The notes: generated by a model from the sequence alone, not told the origin. 32,000 nt of DNA from Promethearchaeota archaeon (GCA_030606485.1 JAUWGH010000008.1:30001-62000), one strand, 5' to 3'; numbered from the stretch's first letter, positions 17,130-26,474 are shown. A program made the numbers and translations.

Positions 17130-19292
17130 TTAAGATAATTTCGCTTTCCATTCTTTGATTTTTTTGGTAATTTTGTCGTGAGATTCACCAACAATGGTTT
17201 TTTCTCCTAGATCTTTAAACTCTCTTGCAAGTTGTCCAATTTCATGAATAAAGGGGCCAACTCTCGCAATGTTAGCAATAAAGTCTCTCATTTTTTCAAT
17301 TATATTGGCAACATCCACTGATTTTAATCCAGGCGTAATTTTTTTCTCAAGATTAATAATTTCATCAAAAATTTGTGATTTAATTGAGAATGAAAGGTTT
17401 TCCGCAAATGAACCTATTGATGATTCAGGTGTACTACTTACTATTGGTTCAGTCTTTTCTTCAGGCTTAGAAATAGTGTCTTTTCTTCCTTCAACAATAA
17501 CTACTGGTTCATATCTTGGGTATTCACCGCTACCAGAACAGTGATATTTGATCTGCAATGCAGTATCTGCTTTAATCTCTGCAATTCTTACTACTAATTC
17601 AGATTCATTTTCAATCTTATTTAACTCATATTTCAATTCCATTGGAGAAAAGCTTATTAATTCAAAATTTACTGGAATTTTATCCTTAAATAGAATATTT
17701 TCCAATTCAACATTTCCTTGATTTTGGAGTCGAATACTCACAATAAATTCTCCCGTTACACTACCTGGTTTAATGCTTTTAAGAGTTTTGAACTTTCTAG
17801 CAATATATTTAATTCTTATCTCCGGTGTTTCACTTGGTGCAATAATATAAGGTTTTCCTTCAATTTCTGTGTTTAATTGAACAGTAATCGGAATTTGATA
17901 TGATTTATCAGGTTTTGGATTTCTAGCAATTATTGGATATGATATTTCTAAAGTACTATCTGATGATAAGTCATTTGCCATATTAAATAGTTCAATTTCT
18001 ATTCTATGAGATTTTGTTAAATCCTTATCATCTGGTGTAATTCTAAATACTTTAACATATTCATTACCGAAAATTCCTTTTAATTCTCCGCCAGTTTTTG
18101 CAAAGATTTTAATATTATTTAGGTCTGGAGGTTCAAAATCATCAGCTATTTCATCTGTAATCAGTACTTTATCGATTGGAGCAGATCCTTTATTAAAAAG
18201 AGTGTTAACAATTTCCATATCAGTATTTGCATAAGCTCCTACCTCATTTGGTTTAATATCTTTTGAAACTTCTGCCCGAAGTACGGGATAATATAATGGT
18301 TCTTTATATATAGTTCCCTCAACTCGTTTTATCGCTGTAAATAAAGTAGTAAATTCGAAAGTTGGTTCTAATTGAGGGACTTCTTTAGATTCAACAATGA
18401 AATCATAATCCCATGCTTGATCTCTGTTTAAAATCTTTCCGGGTGCTTGGGATACTACAATTTCTTTACCAGTAATAATATTATGTTCTACTCTTACATC
18501 ATTTAACTTTACTTGAAATTCAGATTCATTAATAAATTCAACATTACAATCCCATACCCCTGGTTTACTACCTTCATCCCTTGTTACTCCACTCATCGAA
18601 TCTGTTATTGCAACTATATCTGGATCAATCATTGTTAATATTCTATTGTTTACTAGATATGTAGCACTTATTGCTCCAAGTGGTTGCATTTCTACGGAAT
18701 TTGCTAATGCAATACAATTTACTATTAATTCAGCCGATTGACCAACTCCTAAAGAGTTTAATTCCCAAAATATTTTATTCGAACCTTCCTCTTCTTTCAT
18801 TGAAGCTGTTCCATTATTAGGTGGAACGATCTCAATATCTTTAAGTATAGGTGGAATCTCTTTAATAAGTTTAATATTGATAATATCTCCACTTATTTGA
18901 TTTGTTAAATGGATTTTTAACTGACATTTAGTGTCTTGAGCAAAAAAAAGCGTGTTATTTTCTCGATCTGAAAAATCTGATAAAGTATCGAATTTTTCAG
19001 CAATTGTTAAAAGAGGTTCTTTTATGTTAGAAATTGTATAATCGGAAGAAAAATCCTCTAACGGGTCTAGAGTATCTATTTTTATTTCACGTGCAGAAAA
19101 TGAAGTTTTTACCGTTTCTTTTAAATCACATGTAATATTCCACAATCGACTTTTATCTGACGGATTTTTTATAATAAATTTGCCGTTTCCACTTATTTCC
19201 TTCACATTTCCTAAATCATTAAGAACGACATTTTCTTTTTCGGTTATATCTATTACGATTAATAAATTCTTTTTTATTTCTATATCACTCAT
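17130..19292 (-). CDS. Large beta-sandwich protein: N-terminal mu-homology-like domain, further Ig-like modules and a C-terminal helical domain
   Basis: IDITEKENVVLNDLGNVKEISGNG, NIKLIKEIPP, NGTA, NKIFWEL and AISATY align by eye to the delta-COP/AP-mu MHD; later N-x-G...D-x-I-P/A Ig-like motifs. Confidence 0.65.
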   Translation of the reverse strand: MSDIEIKKNLLIVIDITEKENVVLNDLGNVKEISGNGKFIIKNPSDKSRLWNITCDLKETVKTSFSAREIKIDTLDPLEDFSSDYTISNIKEPLLTIAEKFDTLSDFSDRENNTLFFAQDTKCQLKIHLTNQISGDIINIKLIKEIPPILKDIEIVPPNNGTASMKEEEGSNKIFWELNSLGVGQSAELIVNCIALANSVEMQPLGAISATYLVNNRILTMIDPDIVAITDSMSGVTRDEGSKPGVWDCNVEFINESEFQVKLNDVRVEHNIITGKEIVVSQAPGKILNRDQAWDYDFIVESKEVPQLEPTFEFTTLFTAIKRVEGTIYKEPLYYPVLRAEVSKDIKPNEVGAYANTDMEIVNTLFNKGSAPIDKVLITDEIADDFEPPDLNNIKIFAKTGGELKGIFGNEYVKVFRITPDDKDLTKSHRIEIELFNMANDLSSDSTLEISYPIIARNPKPDKSYQIPITVQLNTEIEGKPYIIAPSETPEIRIKYIARKFKTLKSIKPGSVTGEFIVSIRLQNQGNVELENILFKDKIPVNFELISFSPMELKYELNKIENESELVVRIAEIKADTALQIKYHCSGSGEYPRYEPVVIVEGRKDTISKPEEKTEPIVSSTPESSIGSFAENLSFSIKSQIFDEIINLEKKITPGLKSVDVANIIEKMRDFIANIARVGPFIHEIGQLAREFKDLGEKTIVGESHDKITKKIKEWKAKLS

Positions 19293-19489
19293 TTATAATT
19301 ATACCTTAAAATTTTGATTAATTGGGGGGTAATGTATAATATTACTTATAGATTTAATATAAATTATATAATAAATAATTTATAGTAATTCTTATATGGT
19401 ATTTATACCTTTTAGGTGAAAAAGTGTTTTATCAGATAAAAGATTTTTTCGTCAATATATTATTCTAAATAATTATCGGGTATTAAAAA

Positions 19490-19918
19490 ATGATACTTGA
19501 AGAAACTAATGATATAAGCTTAATCCGTAAGGTAGATTGTATCAGACTCCCTGTATCAGACCTTGAGGATGGTCTTAAATTCTACCGAGATTCCCTCGGT
19601 CACCGACTCAAATGGCGAACAGAAAGTGCTGCAGGGCTTCAACTTCCTGAAAATGATGCGGAGTTAGTTATTCACACCGAACCTGAGGATCCCGAAACGG
19701 ATTTACTCGTAGACTCTGCTGAGGTGGCAGCTAAACGTTTTGTTGATGCAGGAGGGACGGTGGTAGTGGGTCCTTTCGATATTCAAATTGGTAAGTGTGT
19801 CATCGTTAAGGATCCATGGGACAATAAGTTAGTATTACTTGATATTAGCAAAGGTGCATTAATTACAGATTCGGAAGGAAATGTAATCGGCAACGAAGAC
19901 ATCATTGATCCAACATGA
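19490..19918 (+). CDS. VOC family (glyoxalase/bleomycin resistance) protein
   Basis: VDCIRLPVSDLEDGLKFYRDSLG...GPFDIQIGKCVIVKDPWDNKLVLL. Confidence 0.85.
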   Translation: MILEETNDISLIRKVDCIRLPVSDLEDGLKFYRDSLGHRLKWRTESAAGLQLPENDAELVIHTEPEDPETDLLVDSAEVAAKRFVDAGGTVVVGPFDIQIGKCVIVKDPWDNKLVLLDISKGALITDSEGNVIGNEDIIDPT

Positions 19919-20240
19919 TGATAAAATAAAGTCAATAAATTTTTTTTTCAATTATTTATAGGAGGTATTTAATCAAACCTAAGAAAAGAGAATCTAAATC
20001 GTACAATTTGTGGTCAAACGGATGTCATTTTACCCAATCCTCTTTAATGGCTTTTATTTAATCTGAAAAAACTTTTATTCTAAAAAAAGGTATAAATACC
20101 CTTAAATAAAAATTTGAATTCTTAAATCCTTTTTAATATTAAAAAACAAAATAAATTTAATTCCGATACGTTTTGAATGATATTAGAAATTACTGCTATG
20201 TTTTTGCTTAATCCCCTTTTATTATAATAAATGAAAAAAT

Positions 20241-21089
20241 TTGAAAGTAAATGATCTAAATACAGATGGAAATCAAAATATCCTTGAAAAGGATATATTA
20301 GAAATTATCAGGAATTACAATAAATTAATGATGGAGGGAATAACAGGTCCTGATTGTACAGACCCAAATATTTGCCATGGAGATTGCTGCTCTATATTTA
20401 TCGATGTCCCAAAAATATTAGCTGAAGAAATTATAAGACAAGGATTAGGTAAAGAAAAAGATTTTATAAGAGGAGATGTTTTTTCATTTCAAATACGGAT
20501 TGATGATAATACAGGAAAGTGCGCATTTTTTGATAAAAAGCTTAATGGATGTAAGCTCCATTCTACAGATCTTAAACCACCTCAGTGTTGGATTTACCCA
20601 ACCAATTTTGATAATTTTGAAAATAAAAATATTAAATGTAAAAGAGCAGATGGTTGGAGAATAATTTCGCCTGAAAAGGTCATAAAAGCCGAAACTTTAC
20701 TCCAAATGTATAGTAATTGGAGCCAAGCAGAATTTGTTATTGAATTGAAAAAAATAAAACACCGTTTAAAATTCAAATTCAATGAAAAATCTTTAAAAGA
20801 GAGACTTCAAGAAATAAAACCTTGTGAGTTTGCTGGATTCAAAGACTCATGGAATTATTTTGAGACACTTCAAGCAGAAGGATTTTCACTACAAATGAAA
20901 AAATATTGTGAAAAATTTAATCCAAGATGTCCTCTGCTTCCAGATAATTACTTTGATTGTAATAATATTTGTGAAGTAGTCGCAAATAATATAATAAAAT
21001 TCTTTAATAGTGTCTTAGATTCATATTTAGAAAAATTTGGATCTAATAATGGAGATTATCCATTAATGAAAATTAGCGATTTTTTTTAG
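20241..21089 (+). CDS. YkgJ-like zinc/iron-chelating Cys-cluster protein, extended
   Basis: CTDPNICHGDCC, GKCAFFD...GCKLH...KPPQCWIYP, plus C-terminal Cys pairs; TTG start. Confidence 0.65.
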   Translation: MKVNDLNTDGNQNILEKDILEIIRNYNKLMMEGITGPDCTDPNICHGDCCSIFIDVPKILAEEIIRQGLGKEKDFIRGDVFSFQIRIDDNTGKCAFFDKKLNGCKLHSTDLKPPQCWIYPTNFDNFENKNIKCKRADGWRIISPEKVIKAETLLQMYSNWSQAEFVIELKKIKHRLKFKFNEKSLKERLQEIKPCEFAGFKDSWNYFETLQAEGFSLQMKKYCEKFNPRCPLLPDNYFDCNNICEVVANNIIKFFNSVLDSYLEKFGSNNGDYPLMKISDFF

Positions 21090-21211
21090 GATTTTTATCA
21101 GGTGAATCTTTTTATATTCTTTTGTCGGCTTTATTTGATTTATTTATATAATTTAAATTAAAAAAGTAGTCGTAATCCCTGGATATCACAATGTATTTAA
21201 TATTCCACTGA

Positions 21212-21226
21212 TCTAGATTTAGATAC
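21212..21226 (+). repeat. 15-bp upstream motif, copy 1 (TCTAGATTTAGATAC)
   Basis: Exact copy at 21559..21573; copies lie 63 and 58 bp upstream of the two paralogous TTG starts. Confidence 0.75.
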
Positions 21227-21274
21227 TTTCTAAATAATATATTGTAAAGAAGAAAATGTAAATATTGATGTAAG

Positions 21275-21484
21275 TTGGATATAAAAGAAAAAAATCTGAG
21301 AGAATTAGCAAAAATATTGTCTTATGGGAGATTTCGAGATACAGATATAGGAAAAATTGAATTCTCTAATAGATGTGAAGTCTTAGCAAATAATTTAGTA
21401 AAAGATTTTAATAATATTTTTGAAAAATATCTGAACAAAATTGATTCAAATAACAGAGATCATTCATTCGATAAGTTAGATTAA
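21275..21484 (+). CDS. Small hypothetical protein whose N-terminus is paralogous to the downstream nuclease-like gene
   Basis: MDIKEKNLRELAKIL vs MDLVDKNLRELAKTL; TTG start. Confidence 0.5.
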   Translation: MDIKEKNLRELAKILSYGRFRDTDIGKIEFSNRCEVLANNLVKDFNNIFEKYLNKIDSNNRDHSFDKLD

Positions 21485-21558
21485 TAAAAAATGGCAATCC
21501 GACAAAAATACATATACTGTGTAGATATTATATTATATTAAATATTTTTTAAAAATAG

Positions 21559-21573
21559 TCTAGATTTAGATAC
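21559..21573 (+). repeat. 15-bp upstream motif, copy 2 (TCTAGATTTAGATAC)
   Basis: Exact copy of 21212..21226. Confidence 0.75.
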
Positions 21574-21616
21574 CATCTCAATATTACATTAAAAAATAAA
21601 AAAATGTGTATGTGAA

Positions 21617-21976
21617 TTGGATTTAGTAGATAAAAACCTGCGGGAATTAGCAAAAACATTGTTTTCTGCGAATTATCGATATGTAGATGAAGAACAAACA
21701 TTTCGAGGTAAATCAAAAAAAATTTGGAAATTTGATGCATTAATATTAGACAATGGAGGAAAATTTGGAGTCTTTATTCGAGATTGGAAACGAGAGATTT
21801 CAATAACTCAGATCCGTCAATTGCACAAAGCTTGCAAGGATGTTGAAGATATTGAGGGTGGAGTTATGATTTGTAGTAAATCTAGTGAATTTTCAGAAAA
21901 ATACGGAAAAAATAACGGCATACAGGTGTTAGACCGCGGGCAGATAATATCAAAATTGAGAATACAATTTTATTAA
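21617..21976 (+). CDS. Mrr-like / PD-(D/E)XK restriction-endonuclease-fold small protein
   Basis: FRGKSKKIWKFDALI...GVFIRDWKREISITQIRQL...GGVMIC...GIQVLDR; TTG start. Confidence 0.65.
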   Translation: MDLVDKNLRELAKTLFSANYRYVDEEQTFRGKSKKIWKFDALILDNGGKFGVFIRDWKREISITQIRQLHKACKDVEDIEGGVMICSKSSEFSEKYGKNNGIQVLDRGQIISKLRIQFY

Positions 21977-22093
21977 TTTTATATGATTCCTTTCAAAATA
22001 ATAATTTTTAGAAGGAAAAATCAACCTGTAAAATTTTAAATAATTGGATTTGTAGATATTATCTCCTAAAAATAAAAATAATTTAAAAAAAAA

Positions 22094-23236
22094 TTAAGAT
22101 TTTAATCTTGGAGGAGGGATATAAACAGTTCTTCTCCCTTCTATTAAGGATATTGCTGTTTCTGGGCAGAAATGAGCGCATACTCCGCATCCTATACAAT
22201 TGGACTCATTCACTTCAGCTATATTATCATCATTTAATGATATTGCACTAATGGGACACTTTTCTGTACATGTTCCACAACCTATGCATAGATCAGGATT
22301 TACACACGCTAAATAATTGGTTATATTAATTATAGGCAAAGCACCTTTCCTAAATTGATCAAAAGTTTCACAACAGCAAGTGCAACAGTTACAGATTGAA
22401 GTTTCATCTTTAGATATATCTGAATGTGGATGAAACGCTTTATGTACTAAACCATTTTCTTCAGCGTCCCTTAATATTTTTAATGCCTCATCTTTTGTAA
22501 CCATTCTAGCAAAACCTTGTTTAGTAGTAAATCTAGCTGACTTTCCAAAAGTGAAACAATTCTCTCGCGGTGCATTAATTTTGCACGAATCGCCCAATAA
22601 ATCTTTATGATGTCGGCAATAACAATATCCAACAGCAATATCATCAAATTTGTTAATAATTTCTTCAACATTCTGGGCAAGGAGAACTTCCTCTTTGGGC
22701 ACTTCTAATTCTTTATTAATTGATATTTGAATATCTTTTCCTTCAATATTTTTTTCTACTATTGGAATTGTGCGATCAACAGGAGGCATGGTCTGAAGAA
22801 AGGGTGTAATTGTATCATAGTTATCTTGAACGAACTCTTTATATTCATCAAATAATTTTTCAAATAAGATTGCAAATTTCTTTTCCTTTTCTGAGAACTC
22901 AAGCTTTTTCATAAAAGTATATTCAAAAACGCCAACGTTCAATAAAGGTAGTAATCTATAAACCACAATACCTTTAGAACTTGGTTGATCGAAAATTAAA
23001 CCCTTATTGGCTAAAGACTCGACTTTTTTTATTATTTCATTTTCATCCATTTTGCTACTCTTTTTTAATTGCTCCATAGTTTGAGAAACTTGTCGTTTAA
23101 AAGCAAAAATTAAATCCAATTCATTTTCATTAATTAATATCTTCAATATTTCAAGTAAAGTATCACTAATTGGAAAAGGAAGAAATCCAGCTTTCACAAT
23201 TATTCTTGCGGCTTTTTTATATTTTTCTTCTGACAT
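22094..23236 (-). CDS. 4Fe-4S dicluster ferredoxin-domain protein with N-terminal wHTH-like region
   Basis: YCYCRH, NCFTFG, GLVH, ICNCCTCCC, CIGCGTCTEKCP, CIGCGVCAHFCP. Confidence 0.85.
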   Translation of the reverse strand: MSEEKYKKAARIIVKAGFLPFPISDTLLEILKILINENELDLIFAFKRQVSQTMEQLKKSSKMDENEIIKKVESLANKGLIFDQPSSKGIVVYRLLPLLNVGVFEYTFMKKLEFSEKEKKFAILFEKLFDEYKEFVQDNYDTITPFLQTMPPVDRTIPIVEKNIEGKDIQISINKELEVPKEEVLLAQNVEEIINKFDDIAVGYCYCRHHKDLLGDSCKINAPRENCFTFGKSARFTTKQGFARMVTKDEALKILRDAEENGLVHKAFHPHSDISKDETSICNCCTCCCETFDQFRKGALPIINITNYLACVNPDLCIGCGTCTEKCPISAISLNDDNIAEVNESNCIGCGVCAHFCPETAISLIEGRRTVYIPPPRLKS

Positions 23237-23440
23237 AATTTTTAAAATCCTTTTAAATCACTATTTTTTGAAATAATCTAAAGAATTTTAAAATTATTAT
23301 TTGTTAAAAATGCTTTAACTTATTTGAAAAAAAAGAGTTTCTAACACAAACTGATTCAATATAGATAACTGTTTTAATTGAAAATAAAAAAAAAAAGTAG
23401 ATAAGTATTGTCGATGTAACGACGTTTTCTAGTTTAGATT

Positions 23441-23728
23441 TTATTTTGGTGGTTTCAATGTAATTTCAATGGAACTTACATTATTTTTTTGCCCACCTTC
23501 ACCTTCTAATTCCTCTGTGCCCAAGATAATATCTCCGTATTCTGTTCCCTTTAAAAATCGGTTGCGAAGGATTTCGCATACATCTACAGCATGAGAAATT
23601 GCTCTACCTCGTGCCTTTACTGTGCATTCATCGCCTCTGTTAAGTACCATCATTGTCGCCATAACATAATTCATTGTGGGGCGTCTTCCAACAAATACAT
23701 TGTTCTGATTGGATTGATCATCTGCCAT
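23441..23728 (-). CDS. albA: DNA/RNA-binding protein Alba
   Basis: VFVGRRPTMNYV, VKARGRAISHAVDVCEILRNRF, VSSIEITL. Confidence 0.95.
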   Translation of the reverse strand: MADDQSNQNNVFVGRRPTMNYVMATMMVLNRGDECTVKARGRAISHAVDVCEILRNRFLKGTEYGDIILGTEELEGEGGQKNNVSSIEITLKPPK

Positions 23729-23918
23729 TTTTAAAACCTCTCTTTAATTTATTTTTGTATTATTGTTTGATAGAAATTCTGCGTATGCAGAGATTTTTAT
23801 GTTATTAATCAATTAATAATGTTCAAAAGAACATTATATTCAAAAAAAGTATAATAGTTTTAAAATTTTTCTTTTAGAACCATATGTATATAAAATAATT
23901 CGAAAAAAATATAGGGTT

Positions 23919-24671
23919 CTATTCCTCAAATTCATCTTGAATTATAATTTTTTCAGAAGTTAATTGTCGTTCCTTACCTTTATTCTTTATGAGTATAGAT
24001 TCTTTTTCTTTCTCTTTCTCTTTTTCGGGGGTTACAATATCCCAAATGACAGAAATTATTAATAAAGTGCCAAGAATCCCTATTATTAGATAGAGAAATA
24101 TATTATTCTCTGATAAGAAAATATTAACATAACCAATAAATGGAACGCGACCAATAACAACTCCAAGTATCTTATCTTCTGGGACTGGATATTTATAATC
24201 AACTTGAAAATATCCATCAGGCGGGTCAATATTTGTATTTGTAGCATCATTATCTCCCTTAGTATAAAACATCCATTTTCCCGTAGAATCATCAAACCAT
24301 TTATTTACTATCCTATGAACTATTGGTTCATCTGGAACTTGACCATTTGGCCATCCATCCCATACCCCATGTGCATCATACACAATTATATCACCTTCTT
24401 TTCCCGTGATTGTTCCATTTACGATGTCTATGGGATTTTTTCCTTGCAAGATCAATAAATCGCCTCGATAAATTGCTGGATTCATGGAATCAGATACTAC
24501 TACTACAATTGGATGTTGAGTTTGAAGAATTGCTTGCATTAATAAAGTTATAATAAAAGGGCTTCCAAATCCAATTGCGATAATAAGAATTCCAATTGTT
24601 ATTTTTTTAGATAACTTTTTTTTCTTCAATTCTCCGTTTTCAGAGATGGAAGTTTTTTTATTATTTTCCAT
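23919..24671 (-). CDS. Signal peptidase I, archaeal/Sec11 type (S26B)
   Basis: N-terminal TM helix, PIVVVVSDSMNP (catalytic Ser), PIVHRI (His), YTKGDN, C-terminal TM helix. Confidence 0.9.
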   Translation of the reverse strand: MENNKKTSISENGELKKKKLSKKITIGILIIAIGFGSPFIITLLMQAILQTQHPIVVVVSDSMNPAIYRGDLLILQGKNPIDIVNGTITGKEGDIIVYDAHGVWDGWPNGQVPDEPIVHRIVNKWFDDSTGKWMFYTKGDNDATNTNIDPPDGYFQVDYKYPVPEDKILGVVIGRVPFIGYVNIFLSENNIFLYLIIGILGTLLIISVIWDIVTPEKEKEKEKESILIKNKGKERQLTSEKIIIQDEFEE

Positions 24672-24763
24672 AATCTCAACAATTATTTCATTCTAAATAT
24701 ACTATAAATTTCTGGGATTTAAAGGATAACTTATGCAATTTTAATTTATCATAATAATTAGAA

Positions 24764-25975
24764 TTATTTCAATTTTATCTTATTCTTAGTTTTTTGAAAT
24801 TTATTTTTCTTTTTGATAATTATTAAAAAAACTCCTATTCCAACAATTAATACAAAAAAAATAACATAATATATAATATCTAAATTGATATTTCCATTAA
24901 TATCTTTCCATGGATAATTTCCTGAGTCATTTTCATATTCGGGGCTGTTTAAATAATGATTATAGATAAATTTTTCAACTGTTTTTCCTGTTATTTCAAG
25001 ACTTTCTTGTGAAATATGACTGATATTATCCGATGTTGTATGATGATAAGGCCAGAAACTTGATGGACTCCAAAAGTTGATAATTAAATCAGCGACTGGT
25101 ATTTCAAGTTCTTTAAAAGGTAAATGATCATCAGTTATTGCGCTAGATACCGGATTGGAAGGGAATGCATCTAAATATCCTAAAGATCTCCCAATTTCAA
25201 ATAATTCACCAAGTAATAGCATATTCGAATTCAATTCATTAATAAATTCTAAATTTGTTCCACCAACCATATCTAACAAAATCATTGCTTCAATTGATTG
25301 GGTTTCAGGATTATAATAATTAGTAATATTTTCAACAAGTCTTTTTGAGCCTTCACACCAATCCCAACCAGACATGGCTCCATTACCTTGGTCTTCAGCG
25401 TCAAATAACAAAATCCATATTGAACAATTTAGGGATTCTCTTTTTTCATAGAAGATTCTAATCAATTCCAAGAGTGTAGCAACTCCACTTGCTCCATCAT
25501 TTGCTCCCGGACATGGTTCATTTCTTTTATTTACTGTAGGATCTTTTTCAGAGATTGCTCTACTATCATAATGAGCCCCGAGAATTATTATGCGAGGGTT
25601 ATTGGGATTAATAGTTATAAGAAAATTCCGACAATTTATTGTATTTACACTAAAATTATGTTGAAAAATTGGAAGCGTGGGTGAAATAGCAGTCATATGT
25701 TCAATAAAATAATCTCCACAATTTTTGCTAGATTCAGTTCCTGGAATTCGAAATCCAAAATTAAGTTGGGTTTCAATTATATTATATGCATTTGTAGAAT
25801 TAAATTGAAAATAATTGTTGTTATTAAAAAAATAAATAGTTGTGGCTTGTGATTTTCCAATTTGGAGCAAAAAAAAAGAAGTTAGAATAGTTGAGAAACT
25901 TAAAAACCATATTAAATAGGTATGTTTATCATATGACATTTTGTTATTTTTTATATTCTTAATATTCAATACCAA
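24764..25975 (-). CDS. M28 family Zn peptidase / glutaminyl cyclase-like, secreted with a C-terminal membrane anchor
   Basis: LGAHYDSR, PGANDGASG, FDAEDQG, LLDMVG, TDDHLPF, HHTTSD; hydrophobic N- and C-terminal segments. The true start may be ATG at 25939. Confidence 0.88.
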   Translation of the reverse strand: MVLNIKNIKNNKMSYDKHTYLIWFLSFSTILTSFFLLQIGKSQATTIYFFNNNNYFQFNSTNAYNIIETQLNFGFRIPGTESSKNCGDYFIEHMTAISPTLPIFQHNFSVNTINCRNFLITINPNNPRIIILGAHYDSRAISEKDPTVNKRNEPCPGANDGASGVATLLELIRIFYEKRESLNCSIWILLFDAEDQGNGAMSGWDWCEGSKRLVENITNYYNPETQSIEAMILLDMVGGTNLEFINELNSNMLLLGELFEIGRSLGYLDAFPSNPVSSAITDDHLPFKELEIPVADLIINFWSPSSFWPYHHTTSDNISHISQESLEITGKTVEKFIYNHYLNSPEYENDSGNYPWKDINGNINLDIIYYVIFFVLIVGIGVFLIIIKKKNKFQKTKNKIKLK

Positions 25976-26474
25976 GGCGGGCTTGTATACCCTTAGTTGA
26001 GAAGTAATGTTTTATCATCTTCATTTCAGTAATAAGATCTGCTCTTTCCTTTATTTTGGGATGTATTTTTTGCCCACCGGTTAAAATTAATTCAACTTTT
26101 TCAGGTTTTTTTTCAATTAAATTCATTACGTCATCAATCTTGATTATATGCATTTCAAGAGCAACTCCAATTTCATCAAGTATCACGAGATCATATTTAT
26201 CACTCATAATAATTTCTTCTGCGTATTTTAGGGCTTTTTTACCTTCTTCGATATCAATTTTCTCTGGTTCCATTATTAAATCAATTCTTCCAAACTGGTG
26301 TATTTCAAAATTTTCAATTTCTTTGATAGCGTTTAATTCGCCATATTTCGTATTACCTTTCATAAATTGAATCATATTTACCTTAAATCCATGTCCTGAA
26401 GCACGTAAGCCAAGACCAAGCGCAGCAGTTGTTTTTCCTTTCCCTCTACCAAAATATAATTGAATTAAACCCAA
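25959..26474 (-). CDS. cobO: Cob(I)yrinic acid a,c-diamide adenosyltransferase (CobO/BtuR)
   Basis: GLIQLYFGRGKGKTTAALG, IQFMKG, YDLVILDE, ELILTG, ADLITEM, GIEY. Confidence 0.92.
   Translation of the reverse strand: MGLIQLYFGRGKGKTTAALGLGLRASGHGFKVNMIQFMKGNTKYGELNAIKEIENFEIHQFGRIDLIMEPEKIDIEEGKKALKYAEEIIMSDKYDLVILDEIGVALEMHIIKIDDVMNLIEKKPEKVELILTGGQKIHPKIKERADLITEMKMIKHYFSTKGIQARLGIEY

Noticed and set aside
23778-23791. Small hairpin TCTGC-GTAT-GCAGA about 50 bp upstream of albA
   Set aside because: A 5-bp stem is expected by chance; no second copy seen.
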